NCBI GenBank assembly: GCA_963732455.1
Contig: CAVSZM010000006.1
Span: 131,141 to 195,140, forward strand
DNA length: 64,000 nucleotides
Reading direction: 5' to 3'
DNA from: an uncultured Alphaproteobacteria bacterium
GTDB taxonomy: Bacteria; Pseudomonadota; Alphaproteobacteria; Rhizobiales; Xanthobacteraceae
Shown: in pieces, positions 1 to 8,747 of the stretch
Layout of the letters: the number at the start of each line of letters is the position of its first letter
Position numbering within the stretch: position 1 is the first letter of the stretch
The notes under the pieces: generated by a model
What the model was told of the DNA's origin: nothing
What the model saw: only the letters and a program-made list of their open reading frames with translations
Database searches by the model: none
Translations under genes and position numbers: made by a program

Positions 1-1194
1 CAGCGCTATTTTCAACGCGACATTGGCGGCGACGCCGATCAGCGCCGCCTTCACCGGCGTGGCGGTATCCTTGCGGGCATAAAAGGTGGCGACCGCGCTG
101 CGAATCAGCACAAACGGGATCAACCCGACGGCGTAGGCCGCAAGCGTCGCGCCGGCGGCGACCGCATCGGCCTTCGAGAACGCGCCGCGCGCAAACATCG
201 CCCGCATGATGACGTCGGGAACCGTCAAAAAAGCCGCTACGAACGGCACCGAAAACAGCAGCGTAAAATCGAAGGCGCGCCGCTGCGAGGCCATCGCGCC
301 CGCATGATCGTCCAATGTCAGCCGCCGCGACATTTCCGGCAGCAGTACCGTGCCGATCGCGATACCGATCACGCCTATCGGCAGCTGATTGAGCCGGTCG
401 GCATAATACAGCGCCGAGAGAGCGCCCGCCGGCAGAAAAGTCGCGATGATGGTATCGGCAAACAACGCGACCTGCGTTCCCATCGAGCCAAGCGTCGCAG
501 GCCCGAGCGCGCGAAAAAATGCGCGGACGTCCTCATCGAGCTTGAGCGGCGCGAACCGCGGCAGGCCGCCATGAAAAGCGAGATCGCCGGCGAGCAGGAA
601 ATACTGCAGAAAGCCCGATATCAGCACGCCCCATGCCGCAGCATGGCCGGCCCCCGGAAACAGCGCCGCCAAAGCCAGCGTCGCCATCATCGAGATGTTG
701 AGAAAAATCGGCGCCGCCGCCGCGCTGGCGAACCGATGCATGACGTTGAGCATGCCGCCGTACAGCGTCACGAGCGTGATGAGCAGGAGATAGGGAAAGG
801 TGATCCGCGTCAGCTCGATCGCGAGCCGCCGCTGCTCCGCATCATCGGTGAAGCCGGGCGCGAGAATGCTCATGGCCTGCGGCATGAACAGCCATGCGAC
901 GATCAGCAGAACCAGTTGCGAGAAAAACAGCAGGGTGAAGATGCGGTCGGCGAACAATCGCGCTGACCCCTCGCCCCGTTCACCGTGGACGTGGGCATAG
1001 GCCGGCACGAACGCCGCGTTGAAGGCGCCTTCCGCGAAAATCGCCCTGAAATGATTGGGCAGCCGCAGCGCCACGAAAAACGCGTCCGCCATCGGCCCTG
1101 CGCCGAGGATCGCCGCAAGCATGATGTCGCGCGCAAAGCCAGTCAGCCGCGAAAGGAGCGTATAGCCGCCGACGGTGAAAATACGACCGAGCAT
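1..1194 (-). CDS. murJ: Lipid II flippase MurJ (MviN), 5' part; runs off the left window edge
   Basis: Manual translation from ATG at 1194: MLGRIFTVGGYTLLSRLTGFARDIMLAAILGAGPMADAFFVALRLPNHFRAIFAEGAFNAAFVP, the typical MurJ N-terminus. Absent from the ORF track because no stop lies in the window. Confidence 0.93.
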   Translation of the reverse strand, partial: MLGRIFTVGGYTLLSRLTGFARDIMLAAILGAGPMADAFFVALRLPNHFRAIFAEGAFNAAFVPAYAHVHGERGEGSARLFADRIFTLLFFSQLVLLIVAWLFMPQAMSILAPGFTDDAEQRRLAIELTRITFPYLLLITLVTLYGGMLNVMHRFASAAAAPIFLNISMMATLALAALFPGAGHAAAWGVLISGFLQYFLLAGDLAFHGGLPRFAPLKLDEDVRAFFRALGPATLGSMGTQVALFADTIIATFLPAGALSALYYADRLNQLPIGVIGIAIGTVLLPEMSRRLTLDDHAGAMASQRRAFDFTLLFSVPFVAAFLTVPDVIMRAMFARGAFSKADAVAAGATLAAYAVGLIPFVLIRSAVATFYARKDTATPVKAALIGVAANVALKIAL

Positions 1195-1258
1195 CAGCCG
1201 CTTCTACAGCATGCGGCGGCGCTTCAAAACGGCGAAATCAGATGAAATATCTGTTTGC

Positions 1259-1302
1259 GCACGATCTTTTCCGAAAACCGGTGCCACCTTTCGGGATCAT
1301 GC
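1259..1302. repeat. Short palindromic intergenic repeat (RIME/Bru-RS-like, GCAYGATC...GATCATGC); supplies the stop codon of the DegT gene
   Basis: gcacgatc-ttttccgaaaaccggtgccacctttcgg-gatcatgc has imperfect terminal and internal inverted repeats. The minus-strand TGA at 1297-1299 lies inside it. Family assignment is from recall. Confidence 0.6.
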
Positions 1303-2448
1303 GCCAAACGCGTCGCGCACGGCCTTGATGATTCGCTCCTGCATCGGCGCGTCGAGATAGGCATGCATCGGCAGGCTGATGACTTCGCGGGACAAGCTTT
1401 CGCTTACCGGCAGGCCACCGTCAGCGATCGGGAAATCCCGGTAGGCGGTTTGCTGATGTATCGATTTCGGATAATAGATCGCAGTCGGAATGCCCTGCGC
1501 CTTCAGTGCTGCGGCGAAGCCTTCGCGATCGCTCCCCTTCGGCAAACGGATGGTATATTGAGCCCAGACCGAAGTGCGGTCGCTGGCGACACGCGGAACG
1601 GACACGACGTTGCCCAGCCCTTGCGCATAGCGCTCCGCGACCTGATCGCGCGCGGCAATTTCGTCCTCGAAGATTTTCAGCTTCTCGATCAGGATCGCAG
1701 CCTGCATGGTGTCGAGGCGCGCCGTGAGGCCAATGCGAACATTGTCGTATTTGTCCGAACCCTGGCCGTGGACGCGGACGCTGCGCAACGTTTCGGCGAG
1801 CCTGGCATCGTCGGTGAAGATCGCTCCGCCGTCGCCAAAGCAGCCGAGCGGCTTGGCGGGGAAAAAGCTGGTCGCGGTCGCGAGGCCCGACCTGCCGAGC
1901 CGGCGACCCTTGTAGCTGGCGCCAAATGCCTGCGCTGCGTCATCGAGGACAAACATTCCCTCGGCTTCCGCGATCGCACCGATGGCGTCATGGTCTGCCG
2001 GTTGCCCGAACAAATCGACCGGAATGACGGCCCTGGGCTTGAGACCCTGTTTTTTTGCGACTGCAATCCCGTTTCTCAACGAAACAGGGTCGATATTGAA
2101 CGTCGCCTCATCGACATCGACGAAGACAGGCGTCGCTCCAAGCAGTGCGACCACCTCGCCCGTCGCACAGAACGTAAACGACGGACAGAGCACCGCATCG
2201 CCACGGCCGACGCCTTTCGCCATCAGCACCATCAGCAGCGCATCGGTACCGCTCGCACAGGCCACGACATGCTTTGCCCCGCTGAAAGCCGCGAGCGCTG
2301 CTTCAAGCTGGGTTACTTCCGGGCCGTTGATGAATTGGCAATGGGTGAGTACGCGGGAAACCGCCTCGTCGATCGATTTGCCGAGCCGGCGCCGCTGCGC
2401 GCCGATATCAATGAATGGCACGGGTTCTGCGAGCATGTGCTTGTTCAT
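1297..2448 (-). CDS. DegT/DnrJ/EryC1/StrS PLP-dependent sugar aminotransferase (GnnB/WbpE-like)
   Basis: Motifs SGTDAL, DAAQ and SFFPAKPLGCFGDGG (PLP lysine). Start trimmed to MNKHM (ATG 2448). Confidence 0.9.
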   Translation of the reverse strand: MNKHMLAEPVPFIDIGAQRRRLGKSIDEAVSRVLTHCQFINGPEVTQLEAALAAFSGAKHVVACASGTDALLMVLMAKGVGRGDAVLCPSFTFCATGEVVALLGATPVFVDVDEATFNIDPVSLRNGIAVAKKQGLKPRAVIPVDLFGQPADHDAIGAIAEAEGMFVLDDAAQAFGASYKGRRLGRSGLATATSFFPAKPLGCFGDGGAIFTDDARLAETLRSVRVHGQGSDKYDNVRIGLTARLDTMQAAILIEKLKIFEDEIAARDQVAERYAQGLGNVVSVPRVASDRTSVWAQYTIRLPKGSDREGFAAALKAQGIPTAIYYPKSIHQQTAYRDFPIADGGLPVSESLSREVISLPMHAYLDAPMQERIIKAVRDAFGA

Positions 2449-2477
2449 GGAGCCTTTGACGGGTTCGGAGCGGGAGA

Positions 2478-3497
2478 TTAGCCGACGACGCGCCGCGGCC
2501 CCTTGCGGGGGGAAGACGCCGCGGCGGGCCTGGCCGGAGCTTCGAGGCAACGGGTTGCAATTTCAAGGCTGGCGACGCCCTCGTCGCCGGTCACTGCCGG
2601 CACTCCGCCGGAGCGCACGGCATGAAGGAACGCAATCAGTTCGGCTCGCAGCGGCTCGTCATGACCGACCGGCAGATGGCGCATCGAATAGCTGCCGTCC
2701 GGCTTGAAGCCGAAGCATTCGGTCACCTGGCGAGTCAGAAGATCGCCCATGACGTATTTGCCGCGGGTGGCGACGGTGACGTTGCGCGCCTTGAACGGCG
2801 TCAGCCAATTGGTGTTGATATGGGCGAGCACGCCGGAGGCGGTGCGGAACTGCAGCAGCGCGATATCCTCGCGCTCGGCGACGGCGCTGGAGAGCTGCGG
2901 CTGCACCTCCACGATATCGGACTCCGTGAACCAGCGAATCAGATCGATATCATGCACGGCGAGGTCGATGACCACGCCGACGTTGGACATTCGCGGCGGA
3001 AACGGTCCCACACGCGTGATCGCGATCGAAAGGATGTCCTCGCCCGATATCGCCTGCTTGATGGCGGCGACGGCCGGATTGAACCGCTCGACATGCCCCA
3101 CCATTAGCGTCACGCCCGCACGACGGGCCGCGTCCACAATTTCCCGCCCCTCCTCAACCGAGGATGCGACCGGCTTTTCGACGAGGATATGAATATCGCG
3201 CGCGATGCAGGCGAGCGCGATTGGGTGATGAAGGTGCGTCGGCGCGGCAATGGTCACGGCATCGACACCTTCCGCGATCAACTGGTCGATGTCAGCGAAA
3301 GTGCGGCAACCCGTCAGTTCCGTCGCACGCGTCCGATGCGCCGGCAGCGGATCGACGACACCGACCAGTTCGATGTCCGGCAAGCCGACCAGCACGCGGG
3401 CATGATTGCTGCCCATCACGCCGGCGCCGATTACGCCCACGCGAAGCGCCCGTTTCGCCTCGGCTTTCATGCCCGATGCGGCCCCCCTGGAATTCAT
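2478..3497 (-). CDS. Gfo/Idh/MocA NAD-dependent oxidoreductase (GnnA/WbpB-like)
   Basis: GVIGAGVMG Rossmann motif, EKP motif, GHVERFNP, DLAVHDID. Directly upstream of the DegT gene. Confidence 0.88.
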   Translation of the reverse strand: MNSRGAASGMKAEAKRALRVGVIGAGVMGSNHARVLVGLPDIELVGVVDPLPAHRTRATELTGCRTFADIDQLIAEGVDAVTIAAPTHLHHPIALACIARDIHILVEKPVASSVEEGREIVDAARRAGVTLMVGHVERFNPAVAAIKQAISGEDILSIAITRVGPFPPRMSNVGVVIDLAVHDIDLIRWFTESDIVEVQPQLSSAVAEREDIALLQFRTASGVLAHINTNWLTPFKARNVTVATRGKYVMGDLLTRQVTECFGFKPDGSYSMRHLPVGHDEPLRAELIAFLHAVRSGGVPAVTGDEGVASLEIATRCLEAPARPAAASSPRKGPRRVVG

Positions 3498-4132
3498 GTT
3501 TGTGACCCCCGACCGTTTTCGGCGCAACACCCGGTCGTTCTCCTAGCACGTCGCCGCGGACGTGGCGAATATCAGGGGGATAATCCAAACACGTTTTGAT
3601 TCAAAGAATTACGCCAACAACCCTCGGATACAGCCATCTTGACAATTCGATTTATTGCCAAATGAAATTGGATGTCGCGCGGTCGGCTCTTAGGCGGCGC
3701 AACGATAGAACACTAATCTTGCACTCAAAATCGCCTCCCTTAAATCTTGGCTCTTTGAAATTGCTGCATTTATTGGCTTCGTTCTGCCAAAATTCCAAGG
3801 GCTCTATCACCACTACGTCGCAACGGCAATCAAAGTGTTCCGACGAGGCTCAAAACACAAGCATCTGTAAATACAGACACAAATTGGGTTCGTTTTGCAG
3901 AAAATGCATCGCTTACAAGCCTAGATTGTAATTATCGATCTTTACTTCTCAGCATGATAGTGCGAATTGCGCGGACGCGAAATGGCACGGGATTCGTAGC
4001 GGTTCAACTTGCAGACTTCTGGAAGAATTCGGCGCATTGCCTCGGCAATGCGCTGTGGCTCCTGCGTCGCTCTCGTCGATGAGCTCACTGCTTCTCACGT
4101 TGCGCAACGATTTCACACGCGTGACCTATATC

Positions 4133-4444
4133 CTATCGCTTTTTCCGGGGCACATTTGCGGTTTGCCCGCGACGGGCTTTCGCCGCTGCGGCCGGCTTGG
4201 AAGCTTCGGCAGTTTCCAGGGCCCCAGTAAGACGGACGCCAGGCTTACCTCCATTGGTGAATTCGACACCGGCGGCCTCGAGTGCCCGCTGTAGCGCTTC
4301 AACCGTTCGCTCCTTCAATTCATCGCCTCGCTCAAACCTGGCAACTGTGTCGATCGACACCTTGGCCGCTGCAGCGAGCTCTCGAACGCCCAAACCCAGC
4401 GCCGCACGGGCCATGCGACATTGGACGGGTAAAAAAATAATCAT
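4133..4444 (-). CDS. XRE-family HTH transcriptional regulator
   Basis: QCRMARAALGLGVRELAAAAKVSIDTVARFERG...ALEAAGVEF..GGKPGVRL matches the short alphaproteobacterial XRE pattern. Confidence 0.85.
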   Translation of the reverse strand: MIIFLPVQCRMARAALGLGVRELAAAAKVSIDTVARFERGDELKERTVEALQRALEAAGVEFTNGGKPGVRLTGALETAEASKPAAAAKARRGQTANVPRKKR

Positions 4445-4455
4445 AACACTGTTCC

Positions 4456-4500
4456 GATTTCAGTTGAAATCTTTGATTTTGTATAATATCGTAATATTAT
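4456..4500. promoter_or_regulatory. Divergent promoter/operator region between the XRE gene and yqaJ
   Basis: Palindrome GATTTCA-GT-TGAAATC (4456-4471), palindrome ATAATAT-CGTA-ATATTAT (4483-4500) and a TATAAT hexamer at 4482-4487 in an AT-rich spacer. Confidence 0.55.
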
Positions 4501-4563
4501 TCTGATTTCGGTACAGAAGTGCGATTGCATAGATTCAGACCTGACTTGGAGAAAGCCTTGAGT

Positions 4564-5391
4564 ATGTACAGCAGATTGTTAGCCGATTCAGCGGAAAGGC
4601 GCAGCTTCATCGGCGGCTCCGATGCCCGGGTGATCATGGGCAACGACGAGGCCACGCTGGTTCGGCTGTGGCGGGAGAAACGCGGCGAGATCGAGCCCGA
4701 GGATCTCTCCGACAATCTGATCGTCCAGCTCGGCACCGTCACCGAGGACCTCAACCGGCGCTGGTATGAGCGCAACACCGGCCACGCCATCAAGGACGTG
4801 CAGCGGCGGGTCAATCATCCTGTTATCAAATGGATGGCGGCAACTCTGGATGGTCTGGTTGATCCCGGTGGGGCGGTGTTCGAGGCCAAGTTTATGCTGC
4901 CCTGGACCTTCTCGGAGGAAGCCGCCGCCGAAAAACACATGGCGCAGCTGCAGCACAATATGTGGGTCGCCAATGCCCGGTCCGCGGTGCTGTCGATCAT
5001 CACCGGTGGCGGCAAGTGGGTCGAACTCACCATTCATGCCGATCCGCTGTACCAGCACCTGCTGCTCACCGCGGAGAAGAAGTTCTGGCGCTGCGTCCAG
5101 AGCGGCGAGGAACCTCGGCTGTTCGGGGTCGAGCCGCCCCGGCCACGGCTGGAGGCGGTCCGCATCGTCGATATGAGTGCCTCCAACTCCTGGGCGGAGT
5201 TTGCCGCGGTGTTCCGCCGGACACGGCCGGCCTTTGTCGAGCATGAAGGCGCCAAGGCCGATCTGAAAAAACTGGTGCCGGAGGATGCCAAGGAAGCGAT
5301 CGGGCATGGCTTGCGGGCCAAACGCTCGAAATCCGGAGCGGTCAGCTTCGACATCATGGAGATGGAGGCCACCGATGCACCGCTCCAGTGA
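4564..5391 (+). CDS. YqaJ-like viral recombinase / lambda-exonuclease family 5'-3' exonuclease
   Basis: [11 protein letters not shown]...E, AATLDG, FEAK and YxxQLQH-like motifs of the YqaJ family. ATG at 4564. Confidence 0.88.
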   Translation: MYSRLLADSAERRSFIGGSDARVIMGNDEATLVRLWREKRGEIEPEDLSDNLIVQLGTVTEDLNRRWYERNTGHAIKDVQRRVNHPVIKWMAATLDGLVDPGGAVFEAKFMLPWTFSEEAAAEKHMAQLQHNMWVANARSAVLSIITGGGKWVELTIHADPLYQHLLLTAEKKFWRCVQSGEEPRLFGVEPPRPRLEAVRIVDMSASNSWAEFAAVFRRTRPAFVEHEGAKADLKKLVPEDAKEAIGHGLRAKRSKSGAVSFDIMEMEATDAPLQ

Positions 5392-6598
5392 ATCGATCGG
5401 CGCCATTGCAGCGGCCCTCGCCAAGGCCCAGGGCGAACTGACCAATCCCGAGAAATCCTTGATCGCCACCATCCGCTCGCCGTTCCCGCGCGAGGGTGAC
5501 CGAACCTTCCGCTACGCCTCATTGGCCAGCGGTCTCGATATCGTTCGCAAGAGCCTGGGCCAGCACGAGATCGCGACCGTCCAGACCACCGCCATCGACC
5601 AGGACTCCGGCCAGATCCGGCTGACCACACTTCTGGCGCACGCTTCTGGGGAATGGATCTCGTCGGACTGGCCGGTCTGCGCCGGCCAGCGAGACCGCAG
5701 CCCGCACCGGATGGGAGCGGCACTGACCTATGCGCGGCGCTATGCGCTGTTCGCACTGGTCGGTATTGCCGGCGAGGATGATCTCGATGCGCCCGATCTT
5801 GGCGCTGTCCCTCAAGCCGATGCTGCTCAACCGAATGGATCGATTGGGCAAGGCTCGAACGGGCCTGCTTACGCTGCCGGGTTATCTCCGGAAGTCCGCC
5901 GTCGCGCACTGCCTCCGCGGCCTGCGAGGGTTATTCTGCCTGAGGACCAGTCGGCGCTGCTGCGGGATCGCCTGCTAGCGGAGCTTGACGGTCTACGATC
6001 GGCCGAGGAGGCAACTACTTGGGCGCACCGGAACCTGCCGACTAAGAACACATTAGCGGCGGCCGACTCCCAACTCGTTGAGACGGGTTTTCGGGCAAAG
6101 CTTGCGGTCTTCGGCGATCAGCCGCCCGGAGAGTCTCCCGAAGCCACTCAAGGCCCGGTTGAGGGACAAATAGCCCGACCGAACCCGGATGCACCAACGC
6201 CCTCAATTGCCGATCCCGAAGCACCCCGCCGCGGCCGGGTCGCGGCCAAAACCATCCGCCTGCGCGACAAGGACCACCGCAGATTCGTGTCCACCCAACC
6301 ATGCCTAGTGTGCGGACGCTCGCCCGCTGAAGCCCATCATCTGCGTTTTGCCCAGCCTCAGGCGCTCGGCAGCAAGGTCAGCGATGAGTTCACTGTCCCG
6401 GTGTGCCGGTTCCATCACCGCGAGTTGCACCGGCATGGTGCTGAGGCCGCATGGTGGCAGAGTATCAAAATTGATCCGCTGCCAATTGCACACCGACTAT
6501 GGCAGCACGCGCGGCTTAATAGAACGACGGTAGCCAGCGGGGGAGACAAAGATCCACATCGGCTGCAGTCTTATCGAATGGGGCTGGACCGGGCTTAG
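5375..6598 (+). CDS. ERF-family single-strand annealing protein fused to a C-terminal DUF968-like Cys/His domain
   Basis: N-term AALAKAQ..., [32 protein letters not shown] (ERF). Pro-rich linker. C-term [11 protein letters not shown]...[12 protein letters not shown]. Overlaps the yqaJ stop. Confidence 0.85.
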   Translation: MHRSSESIGAIAAALAKAQGELTNPEKSLIATIRSPFPREGDRTFRYASLASGLDIVRKSLGQHEIATVQTTAIDQDSGQIRLTTLLAHASGEWISSDWPVCAGQRDRSPHRMGAALTYARRYALFALVGIAGEDDLDAPDLGAVPQADAAQPNGSIGQGSNGPAYAAGLSPEVRRRALPPRPARVILPEDQSALLRDRLLAELDGLRSAEEATTWAHRNLPTKNTLAAADSQLVETGFRAKLAVFGDQPPGESPEATQGPVEGQIARPNPDAPTPSIADPEAPRRGRVAAKTIRLRDKDHRRFVSTQPCLVCGRSPAEAHHLRFAQPQALGSKVSDEFTVPVCRFHHRELHRHGAEAAWWQSIKIDPLPIAHRLWQHARLNRTTVASGGDKDPHRLQSYRMGLDRA

Positions 6599-6653
6599 TC
6601 TCCACGCAATCCGATCCCGCCGAAGATCCAATTACCAACGGCCGTAGAATAAC

Positions 6654-7268
6654 ATGACCTCGTTTCGACAAATCGAAGCCAATCGGCGCAACGCAGTTAA
6701 AAGCACTGGGCCAATTACCGAAGAGGGCAAGCATCGGTCGCGGCAAAATGCTGTCCGACACGGGCTGTGCGCCGAAACTGTGGTCGAAATTGTCGAGGAT
6801 ATCGAAGACTACCGCGGATTCGAAGCGGCTATCATTGCGGATTACGACGCTCGAACGGCAGTGGAGCGTGAACTCGTGCTTCGCCTGGCATCGCTGTTAT
6901 GGCGACTGCGCCGCGCGACCGCGATAGAGACTGATCTAATGAGGATTTAGGCCGAAATCTTGCGCGATCGCAGGCAAGGTCGATTCCCGGAAAGATTGAC
7001 TAATCGCGCCTCTCCCATACTCGAGGTGGCCCCTTTTGACGACGCGCGCGGGAATGAGAATAACGACGAGCCTTGGCCGGCCGATCGTTTTTCCGCTTCG
7101 CGTCCAGGGTCACAGCCGGTCAATTCGACGCGACAACTAAGCCTTTGTTTCAAGCGACTCGTCAATCTCGACAATGGCGTGTTCGAACGGCTCGGACGGT
7201 ACGAGGCGGCAATCGCGAGGCAAGCTCTGAAAACGTTTTATTTGCTAAGATCAATACGTGCCCGGTGA
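6654..7268 (+). pseudogene. Conserved hypothetical protein (ANRRNAxxSTGP..EGK family) interrupted by an in-frame TAG at 6948-6950
   Basis: ORFs 6654-6950 and 6960-7268 share a frame. Reading is LMRI*AEILRDRR, consistent with CAG>TAG. The distal part has the RLxNLxNGxxxRLxRYEA pattern recalled for this family. Confidence 0.7.
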
Positions 7269-7321
7269 AAAATAATCCTTAGGGCGCTCGCTCGTCCTCT
7301 AGAAGAGAGCTGAGATTTCGC

Positions 7322-8735
7322 TCACACTCTTTTATAATCATCCTCGATGCGGATGATGTCGTCTTCGCCCAGATAGCTCCCGGTCTGGACTTCGATCAGC
7401 TCCAGCAGAATTTTGCCGGGGTTTTCTAGCCGGTGGACCGAGCCGATGGGAATATAGATCGATTCGTTCTCGTGCACGATCTTGACGAGTTCGTTGACGG
7501 TCACGCGCGCGGTTCCCCGCACCACGATCCAATGCTCGGAGCGATGGTGGTGTTTCTGGAGCGAGAGACGTCCCCCCGGTTTTACCACGATACGTTTGAC
7601 CTGGTGACGATCGCCATTGTCGACCGATTGATACGAGCCCCAGGGGCGATGCACCTTGAGATGATCCTCGGTCACCTGGGGTGCCACGGTCTTCAGCTTG
7701 GCGACCAGCCGCTTCAATCCGTCGGCGTCCTTCTGGCGTGACACCAGAACGGCGTCTTGTGTCGCCACCACCACGAGATCGTCGACGCCTTCCAGCGCGA
7801 CCAGCGCCCTGTCGGTCGAAACGTTGCAGTTGCGGGAATCCTCGAACACCGCAGCGCCCTGCGCGGCATTGCCCTGGCTGTCCTTGTCAGACAGTTCCCA
7901 CACCGCATGCCAGGAGCCGACGTCGGACCAGCCGCACGCAACGGGTACGACCGCGGTGCGCGAGGTCTTTTCCATGACCGCATAGTCGATGGAGATCGCC
8001 TTCGCCGATCCGAATGCACCTGTCTCCAGCGTGATAAACCCGAGATCCCGCCCCGCTCTGGGTCACCGAATCAGTGACGGCCTGCACGCTTTCCGCATCG
8101 ACGTTGCGGTATTCATCGAGCAGGACGGATGCGCGAAACATGAAGTTGCCGCTGTTCCAGAGATAACCGGCCTTGATATATCCGGCGGCCGTTACCGGAT
8201 CCGGCTTCTCGACGAATTTCGTGACTGCACGGACCTCGCCGGAAATGACTTCGCCCGGATTGATATAGCCGTATTCTGTGGCCGCACGTTCGGGCTGAAC
8301 ACCGAAGGTCACGATGCGGCCGGCGTCGGCAGCGATGAGACCCTGACGACAGGCGGCGACAAATGCGTCTGTATCGCGGACGACGTGATCGGCGGCGAGC
8401 GCTAGAACTATCGCATCTTGGTCTCGCATCTGCGCAAAGGCCGCGCCCGCCGCGATCGCAGGGCCGGAGTCCCTCCGCATCGGTTCCAGCAGGACATCGG
8501 CCTCAAGCCCGATCTCGGCAAGCTGCTCGAGCACCATGAACCGGTACGCCGTGTTGGTGATAACGACCGGACGTTCGAACAGCGTCGCATCCGACACTCG
8601 CAGAATCGTGTTCTGAAATGTCGATCGAACCCCGAACAAAGGCAAGAATTGTTTCGGATGGACCTCGCGCGAGGCCGGCCACAGCCGCGTTCCGGCGCCG
8701 CCGCACATGATCAGTGGAATGATACGTTTGCTCAT
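7322..8735 (-). pseudogene. manC: Mannose-1-phosphate guanylyltransferase/mannose-6-phosphate isomerase, split by a +1 frameshift at ~8060-8062
   Basis: N-term IMCGGAGTRLWPASR and EP..RDSGPA, C-term WSDVGSW plus cupin RPWG...LSLQKHHHRSEHW. Removing one base of a G3 run restores ...SVTRAGRDLGFITLETGAFGSAKAISIDYAVMEKT. Real lesion or assembly error. Confidence 0.85.
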
Positions 8736-8747
8736 TGCGCCCTGCTT

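Noticed and set aside
3596-3931. 111-aa ORF in the AT-rich spacer
   Set aside because: TTG start, no SD, no motifs, and Ser/Cys/Lys-rich random-looking composition.
3580-7278. ATAATCC direct repeat (3580-3586 and 7272-7278) as a possible att site or target duplication of the yqaJ/ERF cassette
   Set aside because: A 7-bp match between two loosely defined AT-rich junction zones is expected by chance, and there is no integrase or tRNA to support it.
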